Source of the DNA: Candidatus Poribacteria bacterium
Lineage (GTDB): Bacteria > Poribacteria > WGA-4E > WGA-3G
DNA: 64,000 nucleotides
Assembly: GCA_965197475.1 (NCBI GenBank)
Contig: CBDANF010000003.1
Span: 3,456,001-3,520,000 of the forward strand
Reading direction: 5' to 3'
The translations under genes were made by a program, and so were the position numbers. The notes beneath the pieces are model-generated. The model saw nothing but the letters and a program-made list of their open reading frames with translations. It was not told where the DNA came from and ran no database searches. Below are positions 10,985-20,251 of the stretch, piece by piece; position 1 is the stretch's first letter, and each line of letters begins with the position of its first letter.

Positions 10985-11358
10985 GTGACGTAAACTTCCA
11001 GTTTGCGTTCTATGGATGCACAAACTGGAAGATTGTGCTACAAAAAGATTTATACAGAGTTGTGTATCTTTGTACCACAATCTTCCAGATTGTGTCTTCT
11101 GTAGAGTTCTCTTTTTCGCAAACTGGAAGTTTACGCTACACAGAGGCACAAACTGGAAGTTTACGCTACACAGAGGCACAAACTGGAAGTTTACGCTACA
11201 CAGAGGCACAAACTGGAAGTTTGCGCTACAAAAAGACTTATACTGAGTTGTGTATCTTTGTACCACAATCTTCCAGATTGTGTCTTCTGTAGAGTTCTCT
11301 TTTTCGCAAACTGGAAGTTTACGCTACACAGAGGCACAAACTGGAAGTTTACGCTACA
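10985..11358. repeat. GTAG-type REP cluster with a 30-bp tandem array and a duplicated ~110-bp block
   Basis: CAAACTGGAAGTTTACGCTACACAGAGGCA about 4 times (11119-11230). The block starting GAGTTGTGTATCTTTGTACCACAATC occurs at about 11057 and 11246. Confidence 0.9.
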
Positions 11359-11379
11359 AAATAACACGAAAGGTAGCCT

Positions 11380-14300
11380 ATGAATTCAGAAAGAACAATC
11401 AAACAGAACATTGAAAACGCCCTAAAGGAATTTGATAGCCAACCGATAAGAGACGCTGCAACACAACTCTTAGATATCCTCGGTTATCGTAGTAAGCGGA
11501 TCAGTAATGATGCGTTAGATAATGAGAAGTATAACAATCTCCTTGAATCTGCTCTTGAAACTTCTAATCCATCCAAGAAACTCCGCCTTGAAAAATGGCA
11601 AAGCTATAGTCGCATCATGCAAATAACAGATGAAGAGATTAACCAGCAACGAACACCTGAACGCCAATTCTTATTTGAGAGCACTAACATAAACGAAAAT
11701 CTCAGAACATCTTATATGTTCGTGGCTGTCGAACTTGATGGTCCTGCCTTTACACGCACCCAACTTGCAGACATTACCCGTTTTATTTGTAAGGAAGTAC
11801 CATATTCAATAATGGTAATGTTCCGATATAGTGATTATCTTTCCCTTGCAATCATCAATCGCAGACATCACAAACGAGATAAGTCCAGACAGGTTTTGGA
11901 GAAAGTTACACTCATCAAGGATATAAACCTAAATAAACCTAATCGCGCCCATATTGAAATAATCTATGACCTTTACCTCCGCAATCTCATCCAGACTCAA
12001 GAGGTTAACAACTTTGATACGCTCCACGATGAATGGGAAAAGATTCTCAATACAGAAGAGCTTAATAAACAGTTCTACCGGAAACTGTTCGCTTGGTATG
12101 AATGGGCAGTAGAAACAGCAACGTTCCCGACAGATGAGAATCGTGTGATAAAACCGGAAGAGCATGTCATTCGCCTCATCACACGCCTACTCTTTATCTG
12201 GTTTATCAAGGAAAAAGGATTGGTGGCAGATGCGTTGTTTAACAAAGCACAAATCCAAGACCTATTGAATGAAGATGACTTTGATAACGGCGATTCCTAC
12301 TATCGCGCCGTGCTACAAAACCTCTTTTTCGCCACGTTAAACACGGAGATTGACAAACGGACGTTTAGTAAGGGAGGCAATGCTAATCATCGCAATTTCT
12401 CACGGTATCGTTACAAAAAGCAGATGCAAGACCCTGATAAACTGCTATCTGTCTTTGCACAAACGCCGTTCATCAACGGCGGCTTGTTCGATTGTCTGGA
12501 TAGTTTTAAGGCAACAGGTGAAGGTGGTTACAGAATAGACTGCTTCTCTGATAATCAGTACCATAAGTTATCCATCCCGAACCACCTCTTTTTTGATGTC
12601 CAGCAAGGATTGATTCCCCTCCTCGAACATTACAAATTCACTGTTGAGGAAAACACACCGATAGATCAGGAGGTTGCATTGGACCCCGAACTGCTCGGCA
12701 GAGTGTTCGAAAACTTACTCGCCGCTATCAACCCAGAAACAGGAGAAACGGCGCGCAAGATGACAGGTTCCTACTATACCCCGCGCGCCATCGTAGACTA
12801 TATGGTGGAGGAGGCTCTCATCGCTACGTTATCCCAAAAGTGTCAACCGACTGTTGACAATGAAGTCCCTTGGGATGAACGATTGCGGTATCTGTTTGAC
12901 TATGCACAGATATTTGACGATGCAAGCGAATGGTTTGATGACCGCGAAACAGATGACATTGTGAAAACAATCTCTGAATTCAAGATATTGGATCCAGCGG
13001 TCGGTTCTGGGGCGTTTCCGATGGGCGTGTTGCACAAGTTGACTCTTGCACTGCGGCGACTTGACCCCGATAACAACCGATGGGAAGCATTACAGAAGGA
13101 ACTTGCCGGAAAACGCGCTGCTGCGGCATTCAACACCCAAAATCAACAGGAACGCGATGATGAACTGACCGAAATCAGTGAGACTTTTGAACGTTACCGA
13201 GATTCTGACTTCGGACGGAAGTTGTATCTGATACAAAATAGCATCTTCGGTGTAGATATTCAACCGATTGCGTGTCAAATTGCCAAACTTCGCTTTTTTA
13301 TCTCTCTTACGATTGAGCAGAAACCTGACAGCGGCGCGGAGAACTTTGGTATCAAGCCTCTGCCGAATTTGGAGACGCGGTTTGTTGCTGCAGATACATT
13401 GATAGGGCTTAAATTGCAGATGTCGTTGAAAAGCCAAAAAGCAGTGAATTTGGAACAAGAACTATGCAACAATCGTGAACGACATTTCCACGCGACCACA
13501 CGAAAACAGAAGCGAGACTGCAAAACTAAAGACGAAAAATTGCGCGCTGAATTGGCAGCAGAACTAAAGAGTCTCGGTGCGTTTGCTGATGACGCAGATA
13601 ATATCGCGCAGTGGGATATCTATGACCAGAATGAAATAGCAGAATGGTTTGATCCTGAATTGATGTTTGGGGTTACGGATGGGTTTGATGTGGTGATTGG
13701 CAATCCGCCTTATGTCCAATTGCAAAAGGATGGTGGGAGACTTGGAAATCTCTATCAAAATGTGGGTTTTGATACCTTTGCCCGCACAGGTGACATTTAC
13801 TGCCTGTTCTATGAAAAAGGGCATAAACTCTTGAAAAGCACAGGACATCTCTGTTTCATAACTTCCAACAAATGGATGCGCGCTGGCTATGGTAAAAAGT
13901 TGAGAAATTATTTCATCTTACACATACAACCCGTTCAATTACTGGATATGGGACCTGACGTGTTTGATGCTACTGTGGACACGAACATTCTTCTTGTACG
14001 AAACAACTCAATATTTGATGATGTTAATTCCTTTAGAGCTGCAACCATTGGTGCAGACTTTGACAGACAGACCGATAATATTGCCCAACACCTAAAAGAT
14101 AATGGCGTGGATATGGAGATGCCCACAGAAGATGAACCGTGGGCGATTCTTTCATCTGCTGAACTCAACATAAAACGCAAAATTGAGGATGTCGGAACAC
14201 CGCTTAAAGAGTGGGATATAAACATCTATCGTGGAATTGTGACAGGTTGTAATGAGGCGTTTATTATAGACGAGGCAAAACGTGAGGAACTTATTGAGCA

Positions 14301-14994
14301 AGATCCGAGGTCGGCCGAAATCATCAAACCCGTTTTGCGTGGACGTGATATTAAACGCTACTACGCCAGACCATCGGGATTTTATATTCTTGCAACTGGT
14401 TACGATCTGGATATTCCGAATAGGTATCCTGCTATCTTCGGTCACCTTGAAGATATTGGAGAACAGATCGACTCTGGAAGAATAAGAGTGAAAGGAAAAG
14501 GACTATTTGAAAGAGATGACCAAGGTGAAAATTGGTGGAATCTTAGGGCTTGTGCTTATTATTCCGAATTTGATAAGGAAAAGATAGTTTGGGGAAACAT
14601 CGCTTATAGTAGCACTTTTTGTTATGCGGCTCCGAGTGTATTTATCAATGCACCAGCAAATCTTTTAACCTCAGATTCTAACGATATCAAGTATCTATTA
14701 GCATGCATGAACTCAAATATATTTAATTGGGAGTTTGTAAAGTTAGGGATTCCTTTAGGTTATGCTTTTGAGTGGAAAAAGCAATACGTTGAGTTGATAC
14801 ATGTTCCACCTATCACAGATGCAAATCAACCTATTATCGAACAGATTGAAATACGAGTTGACAAAATCCTTGACGCAAAACGCACTGCCCCGGACGCTGA
14901 CACTTCCTCCCTTGAAGATGAGATTGATAAACTGGTATACGGCTTATACGACTTAACTGACGGTGAGATTGCTATTGTGGAGGGGAGTGTATGA
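11380..14994 (+). CDS. Eco57I/TaqI-like N6-adenine DNA methyltransferase (type IIG-like) with target-recognition domain
   Basis: GSYYTPR, ILDPAVGSGAF, VIGNPPYV, C-terminal TaqI-like TRD (YLLACMNS...IDKLVYGLYDLT). Confidence 0.92.
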   Translation: MNSERTIKQNIENALKEFDSQPIRDAATQLLDILGYRSKRISNDALDNEKYNNLLESALETSNPSKKLRLEKWQSYSRIMQITDEEINQQRTPERQFLFESTNINENLRTSYMFVAVELDGPAFTRTQLADITRFICKEVPYSIMVMFRYSDYLSLAIINRRHHKRDKSRQVLEKVTLIKDINLNKPNRAHIEIIYDLYLRNLIQTQEVNNFDTLHDEWEKILNTEELNKQFYRKLFAWYEWAVETATFPTDENRVIKPEEHVIRLITRLLFIWFIKEKGLVADALFNKAQIQDLLNEDDFDNGDSYYRAVLQNLFFATLNTEIDKRTFSKGGNANHRNFSRYRYKKQMQDPDKLLSVFAQTPFINGGLFDCLDSFKATGEGGYRIDCFSDNQYHKLSIPNHLFFDVQQGLIPLLEHYKFTVEENTPIDQEVALDPELLGRVFENLLAAINPETGETARKMTGSYYTPRAIVDYMVEEALIATLSQKCQPTVDNEVPWDERLRYLFDYAQIFDDASEWFDDRETDDIVKTISEFKILDPAVGSGAFPMGVLHKLTLALRRLDPDNNRWEALQKELAGKRAAAAFNTQNQQERDDELTEISETFERYRDSDFGRKLYLIQNSIFGVDIQPIACQIAKLRFFISLTIEQKPDSGAENFGIKPLPNLETRFVAADTLIGLKLQMSLKSQKAVNLEQELCNNRERHFHATTRKQKRDCKTKDEKLRAELAAELKSLGAFADDADNIAQWDIYDQNEIAEWFDPELMFGVTDGFDVVIGNPPYVQLQKDGGRLGNLYQNVGFDTFARTGDIYCLFYEKGHKLLKSTGHLCFITSNKWMRAGYGKKLRNYFILHIQPVQLLDMGPDVFDATVDTNILLVRNNSIFDDVNSFRAATIGADFDRQTDNIAQHLKDNGVDMEMPTEDEPWAILSSAELNIKRKIEDVGTPLKEWDINIYRGIVTGCNEAFIIDEAKREELIEQDPRSAEIIKPVLRGRDIKRYYARPSGFYILATGYDLDIPNRYPAIFGHLEDIGEQIDSGRIRVKGKGLFERDDQGENWWNLRACAYYSEFDKEKIVWGNIAYSSTFCYAAPSVFINAPANLLTSDSNDIKYLLACMNSNIFNWEFVKLGIPLGYAFEWKKQYVELIHVPPITDANQPIIEQIEIRVDKILDAKRTAPDADTSSLEDEIDKLVYGLYDLTDGEIAIVEGSV

Positions 14995-15099
14995 ATCGCG
15001 GATTTGCGCGGATTACACGGATTACGCGGATTTTTGAGTTTGTAGCGTCTCTGTAGCTGCTGTGAAAAAATTAACTATTTAGATTTTGGAGGATAAATT

Positions 15100-16341
15100 A
15101 TGAGTACTGAAAATGACTTGAGCAAGGTTAAGGAAAAAATCAACGAAATTGAGGAAAAATCTGGTGATGGGGGTTACATTTTCCGCGGTGAACGTCAATG
15201 CAATAAAAAAGTGTCCTCAAACCTTTACCGAGATTTTGATGTGGGAGATATGCAAGGATTTGATATAGAGGTTGTCCAAAAAGAGATGCTTAACGGTGCT
15301 AAAAAACATACAGGACATCTTCCGCTGACAGGTGATTTGCCCAAGGATTTTCGCCCGATTTTCGCAAGAATGTTTAGCGTGAGAGAAGAAGATACTGCTG
15401 AAACTGTAGATTTTGAGATTCTTACTGAAATCCAGCATTATGGAGGAAAGACTAATCTAATTGACTTCACAACTGACTACTTGGTTGCGCTATTCTTTGC
15501 TTGCGATGGTCACCATGATAAAGAGGGTCGAGTGATACTTCAAAAAGCGGATGAAATACAGGACATGATAAGGTATCCTCGGAATCCACGACATCGCGTC
15601 GCTGGGCAAAAAAGTGTGTTTGTTCGTCATCCTAAAGGCTTTATTGAACCGCATAAGGACAACATAGTTATTATTCCGGCAAATCTAAAAAAAACTATGC
15701 TACAACATCTACGAAAGTACCATGGCATTTATACGGAGACAATCTATAATGATCTTTATGGATTTATTAGAAATCAAGACATTCATGGAGATGCTTACAC
15801 GCAGTTTTATAGAGGTGTAACTTGTCAAAATAGAGCAGATGAAGCGACAACCACTGAAGTGAAACAGCAAGAATATGAAAATGCCATTCAGTATTATACC
15901 GAGTCGATAAAATATAAACCAGATTACACACCTGCCTATAATAATCGTGGGAATGCTTACTGCAGAATAGGTAAGTTTCAAAAGGCAATTGAAGACTTCA
16001 ATAAAGCGATAGAAATACAACCTGATAATGACAAAGTCTATTACAATCGGGGTGTCGTTTATAATAAAAAAGGACTGTATGGCAAGGCGATTGAGGACTA
16101 TAACAAAGCAATAGAAATACAACCTGATAATGACAAAGCCTATCATAATCGCGGAGAAGTGTGGTTGCATCTCAAAGATTGGGAAAAAGCCAAAGCCGAT
16201 CTGATAACTGCGAAGGAGATGGGAGTTGATATCGTTGCTGCATTTCGTAACGACTATGAAAGTGTTGCGGATTTTGAGCAGAAAACGGGTATTCAGTTAC
16301 CAGAAGACATCGCCGCACTGCTAACACCCCCGCAGGCATAG
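15100..16341 (+). CDS. FRG-domain protein with C-terminal TPRs
   Basis: YIFRGE, IQHYGGKTNLIDFT, ALFFAC, RVAGQKSVF; 3-4 TPRs. Confidence 0.88.
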   Translation: MSTENDLSKVKEKINEIEEKSGDGGYIFRGERQCNKKVSSNLYRDFDVGDMQGFDIEVVQKEMLNGAKKHTGHLPLTGDLPKDFRPIFARMFSVREEDTAETVDFEILTEIQHYGGKTNLIDFTTDYLVALFFACDGHHDKEGRVILQKADEIQDMIRYPRNPRHRVAGQKSVFVRHPKGFIEPHKDNIVIIPANLKKTMLQHLRKYHGIYTETIYNDLYGFIRNQDIHGDAYTQFYRGVTCQNRADEATTTEVKQQEYENAIQYYTESIKYKPDYTPAYNNRGNAYCRIGKFQKAIEDFNKAIEIQPDNDKVYYNRGVVYNKKGLYGKAIEDYNKAIEIQPDNDKAYHNRGEVWLHLKDWEKAKADLITAKEMGVDIVAAFRNDYESVADFEQKTGIQLPEDIAALLTPPQA

Positions 16342-16356
16342 CAGTCCAACAAAAAA

Positions 16357-16507
16357 TTGTCAGAATCGCAGATTTGCACAGATTACGCGGATGACGCTGA
16401 TTAGTCTTCTGCTGTACGTATACGCCAATCCTGTAAAAAGCACCTTGAAATACCAACAAAAAATCCGCGTAAATCTGCGTCATCCGCGTAAACCGCGATT
16501 CAGACAA
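16357..16507. repeat. Inverted pair of 9-bp-periodic (ATCCGCGTA-like) repeats ending GATTCAGACAA
   Basis: 16357-16402 is approximately the reverse complement of 16462-16507. The family is also at about 14992, 27829, 32811-32960 and 44257. Confidence 0.8.
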
Positions 16508-16607
16508 GAGAGACAATCTGCGCCATCCGAGATTCAGACGGCTCCACAAACCGCGCAACTATCACTTGACAGTGTTAAAATTAATACGGTAAAATGGATA
16601 ATAGGGA

Positions 16608-16949
16608 ATGGAAATCAGCGGCTTAAGAATTCCGGACGATGCTCTCGTTGTTCGTGGCGGCAGAAACCAAGCGAGCGACATTCAACGAGGGACTAGCACG
16701 CATCCGGCTGGAATCACTGGTGTGTCGGTAGAAAGTGCCGAAGGTGTTTCCGTTGCGGAATTAGCACAAACCATTCCGCACAGACAAATTGGCATAACAG
16801 CCGTTGCGGAGGTCCGGAAAGCAGGTGGTGATGTGGTACGAACTGCTGGTCGGAGTCCTCATCATGCAACGTTGACAGGACTGACACCCAAACAAGTTAG
16901 TAAACTACTGACACCGACAGTTCCAAATCCTGGGAGGGAAAGAAGATGA
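16608..16949 (+). CDS. Small protein resembling polymorphic-toxin C-terminal domains (VVRGG...GVSV...HHAT)
   Basis: ORF track; own promoter-like TTGACA-N18-TAAAAT at 16566-16595; ATGA overlap with the next gene. Confidence 0.6.
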   Translation: MEISGLRIPDDALVVRGGRNQASDIQRGTSTHPAGITGVSVESAEGVSVAELAQTIPHRQIGITAVAEVRKAGGDVVRTAGRSPHHATLTGLTPKQVSKLLTPTVPNPGRERR

Positions 16950-17236
16950 ACGAACTCAAAGTTTTCGCAGACTTCCACAACACAGACGTAAAAGGCAGGG
17001 TGCGGTTGAACTGCGCTGGTACGATAGCAGATCTCGAACGTCAAGGAATTGAACTGCAAGATGGACAATCCCTTATCATCTATAGCGAAGAGTTAGAGGT
17101 TGAGGGCATCGTTCACTATTCAGAAGAAGAAAAATTGTGGACAGCCGTGATTGATTGGAATGCCATTCGAGAAGTCCAACCTATAATCCCTCAGTCCGCA
17201 ATTCAAGCCATCAGCCACATGAGGGAGAAAAAATAG
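16946..17236 (+). CDS. Small acidic protein, putative immunity/antitoxin (ADFHN.D..GRVRL...W.AVIDW)
   Basis: Translationally coupled to the upstream ORF. Confidence 0.6.
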   Translation: MNELKVFADFHNTDVKGRVRLNCAGTIADLERQGIELQDGQSLIIYSEELEVEGIVHYSEEEKLWTAVIDWNAIREVQPIIPQSAIQAISHMREKK

Positions 17237-17403
17237 GCAAACGGTGGCTACATTACCGCGGGAAAATGAATACTATGTGGGGCGATTCAGACAACATCTT
17301 GTAGTGAATAAACATCATACACGCTTGCATATTCTCAACTTGCCCCTACCAACTTGCCTTCAAATCACCCCAAGTTGTTCTTCACAACTGTTCATATTTT
17401 GTC

Positions 17404-17455
17404 CGAGGGATCTCCGAATCGTGACACGGTGTCGGGATTCGGAGATCCCTCCTAC
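17404..17455. repeat. REP-like long palindrome
   Basis: GAGGGGATCTCCGAATC...GATTCGGAGATCCCTC followed by CTAC (GTAG on the minus strand). Confidence 0.65.
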
Positions 17456-17744
17456 CTTTGGATGTCGTCAGTAATCGGAAAAGTTGCGGAATTCAAAACC
17501 AAACGAGACAAACATCTGAAATATAAACATACCAAATGTTAACTATCACAACGCGTTATGTAGAATAAAAAATACACTACATAATGTAAACATTATCCAA
17601 ATATATTACGTTATTGATATCAAATTCAGAAGTTGTTGCGTTCTGGTTCATATAAACAGAATGTAGTAATTGAATTTGTTCCAGTCAACATATCAAATGC
17701 ATATCTATATCGTCAGCCAATTTTATCTCTAAAAGGAGTTACCA

Positions 17745-18131
17745 ATGAAAAGATCAATCGCTATTTCCGCAATTGTGTTGATGTTGTTCAGCATCTTTCT
17801 GTATCCCATCGCACCACAAGCGCAAGAATCTGAAATCCAACGTGCAGAAGCAGATGCGAAACGTGATGCGAGCCAGGATATTTCAACAATCTCTTGGGGA
17901 ATTGGAGGCTTTTTTTGTAGTGTGTGTGCCGTGGCTTATGTCTATGTCAATAAACCTACAATACCTGCCTCTCGATTTGTTGGAAAGTCTGCGGAATATA
18001 CTAACTTCTATACAGAAATTTACCAGCGAGAAGCACGAAAGCAACGCAGTCAGGCCGCCATGATTGGCTGCCTCGCCGGTTCTGTTTTCAACACTATAAC
18101 ATACTATCTTTACGATCAATCACAACAATAA
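17745..18131 (+). CDS. Hypothetical membrane/secreted protein
   Basis: AAGGAG RBS, signal peptide, two hydrophobic segments, downstream terminator. Confidence 0.75.
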   Translation: MKRSIAISAIVLMLFSIFLYPIAPQAQESEIQRAEADAKRDASQDISTISWGIGGFFCSVCAVAYVYVNKPTIPASRFVGKSAEYTNFYTEIYQREARKQRSQAAMIGCLAGSVFNTITYYLYDQSQQ

Positions 18132-18142
18132 CTTTTTGTGAA

Positions 18143-18172
18143 AAAGGGCATGACTATACAAGTCATGCCCTT
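18143..18172 (+). terminator. Intrinsic terminator-like hairpin
   Basis: AAGGGCATGACT-ATACA-AGTCATGCCCTT. Confidence 0.7.
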
Positions 18173-18225
18173 CCTTATCCCGATTCCTGCATTCAAAACC
18201 GAAAACTGAATGCCTCTGACACTTC

Positions 18226-18316
18226 TTATATCAAATTAACCCGATTTGTCCTATTTTCCCGACGGTAGGTGCGGTTTCCTAACCGCACCGAGTGGGATCC
18301 TGTTAATTTGGTATTA
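18226..18316. mobile_element. ~90-bp MITE-like element (TIR TAYCAAATTAAC, TTA flanks) carrying a GTAG REP
   Basis: TTA-TATCAAATTAAC...GTTAATTTGGTA-TTA; second copy at 24554-24647. Confidence 0.65.
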
Positions 18317-18583
18317 CACCCAAGCAAGGTGCGTAAAGTTTTTGACATTAACCTGCCTCTCTTTTGTAGGAGGGGTTTTCAACCCGATATATTGCCGTTG
18401 ATTTGGCGAAAATCCGAGATTCACACAGAAAAAACGCATGAACAATATATATCCAATATAATCCCAATATATATCCAATAAATCACCACACTTTTTATTT
18501 GATTTAACACAAAAAAGCATCGTATAATTAACACGTGTTTAGAATGCAACGCCCAATACGGCAACACGAGCTTTTGATACTCT

Positions 18584-18686
18584 AAGAGGGGGTGAGGTTC
18601 CCTGACGAAGCGACCACACGGGAACACAACTTTACAGCCACAACAGTCGCTCGAAATCTCGATTAGGAGCCGTGGGCAGTCTCTTT
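18584..18686 (+). ncRNA. Hammerhead-ribozyme-like motif (type I topology, variant stems II/III)
   Basis: GGTTCC-CTGACGA-AGCGAC..GTCGCT-C-GAAA-TCTCGAT-TA-GGAGCC; stem I GGUUCC/GGAGCC pairs. Confidence 0.45.
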
Positions 18687-19378
18687 GGATCCGCGACACC
18701 AAACGGAGACGAAACAACACCAACACGGAAAAGGATCGCGTAAATTCTCACGAAGTCGTGGGGGATTTCCGTTGCCCAACGGCATCAATGGAAACTCAGA
18801 TATGTATGAAACATCTATTTCATAAATCTTGGAGGGTTTGTAACCCCGACAATATCCTACATTTCTTGTAGGAGGGGTTTGTAACCCCGATTACAATCGG
18901 ATTTATGAGATATGTTCTACATACCCACAGGAATATGTCGTTTAAAATCTCACAGAGTTGCGGAGGTTCAACTGACACTAACGGCCCCAGAAACCGAACC
19001 AAACATAATTCCGTAGAAAAGGACCGTTTAAAATCTCATAGAGTCGTGGCATTTTCAGAGACACCGCAGCTTCTCAGAAACGACCATACCTCACGTCAAT
19101 AGCTGCAAACTCCCAGTCCGTAAAGCTGGAACTCGTAAAGTTGTATTTGGGCTTTGCATTCCACGTTTTCTGCGCGTCTTGCTACCATGCCCGTTACATT
19201 GTAGAGCGGGGTCCCTGTGTTTCCCGCCATCTGTCTTAACTAAGATTATCAGTATTGTATTGGATTGAACTTACGAAACCGAACAAGAGCAAAAAACATG
19301 AAAACACGTCCTAATTCTTGTACCGCTTGACATTAGCACGTCCGTGGGACGTGCAAAACGTCCCAATTTACACACAAT

Positions 19379-19978
19379 ATGAGGAACATTATGAACATTG
19401 ATGTAGAAACCTTGGATGAGGAAACCCTGAATATAGAAACCTCGGATAAGGAAACGCCGGATATTGAAACCCTTGAAGAATCACTAATTGAAATTGCAAA
19501 GACACTTGGATGCGAAGAAACCGTTGAGACATATCACAACATGATGAATAACACAACCGAGGAAGGCAACGAAACTAACGCAGAAGAGGAGCTCTTTGAT
19601 GCCGAATCTTACTCACTTGATGCTACCCTCGTCCGTGTCCGAATGAAAGAACGCAATCTTGCACTCACAGACTTACAAGAAAAAATCGGTGTCGCCTATC
19701 GAACCCTTACCCGATGGCTCAGCAAGGACGACTTCCCAAAACATCGGAACATCCTCAAACTCGCGGAAGTACTAAACCTTGAACCTTATCAGTTGGTATA
19801 TAGGTGGAGGAGGTACGGGAATAACCGACCCAATAATAATAATGATGCACTCCGCTATGTCCAAAGACGAATCGAAACCATCGTCACCGAAATCCTTGAC
19901 GACAAGGAAACTTCTAAGGAGAAAAAACTTGACGCACTCGTCAAATACCACAACATCCTCCTCAAGGCAACAAGGTAA
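19379..19978 (+). CDS. XRE-family helix-turn-helix protein with acidic repeated N-terminus
   Basis: LALTDLQEKIGVAYRTLTRWLS...PKHRNILKLAEVL HTH. Confidence 0.75.
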   Translation: MRNIMNIDVETLDEETLNIETSDKETPDIETLEESLIEIAKTLGCEETVETYHNMMNNTTEEGNETNAEEELFDAESYSLDATLVRVRMKERNLALTDLQEKIGVAYRTLTRWLSKDDFPKHRNILKLAEVLNLEPYQLVYRWRRYGNNRPNNNNDALRYVQRRIETIVTEILDDKETSKEKKLDALVKYHNILLKATR

Positions 19979-20251
19979 AAATGAATTATACATTATTGGA
20001 ACGGAAACAAATATGGCTGGAGCATACAGTGCCGCCTCAGTTGTCTAAACGTGAAGGTACCCGTAAAATCAAAATCTGCTGAATAGAAATACGCGTTTCA
20101 AACTAATACCATAGCTACTAATCCGCGTTGGGAAGAAGTTTGGGATATAGACTTCGATCTTAACGTTGGCACAGAGATTCGGAAAACACGTCTATCCGTG
20201 GCCAGAGTGTAAAAGGAAAGATTAAAGGCAAAGCAAGATGCTATTTTGTGT

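Noticed and set aside
9929-11292. Short ORFs with repeated peptides around the RAYT
   Set aside because: They are translations of the tandem DNA repeats, with no RBS or family motifs.
10095-11358. CRISPR array (36-bp and 30-bp repeats)
   Set aside because: The units are fully identical with no unique spacers, there are no cas genes, and GTAG palindromes beside a RAYT explain them.
18588-19230. tmRNA or RNase P RNA (starts GGGGGTGA)
   Set aside because: No TTCGA D-loop-like motif, T-arm/CCA end or GAGGAAAGTCC signature.
19975-20240. Possible degraded gene fragment after the XRE gene
   Set aside because: Several stops and no recognisable family motif.
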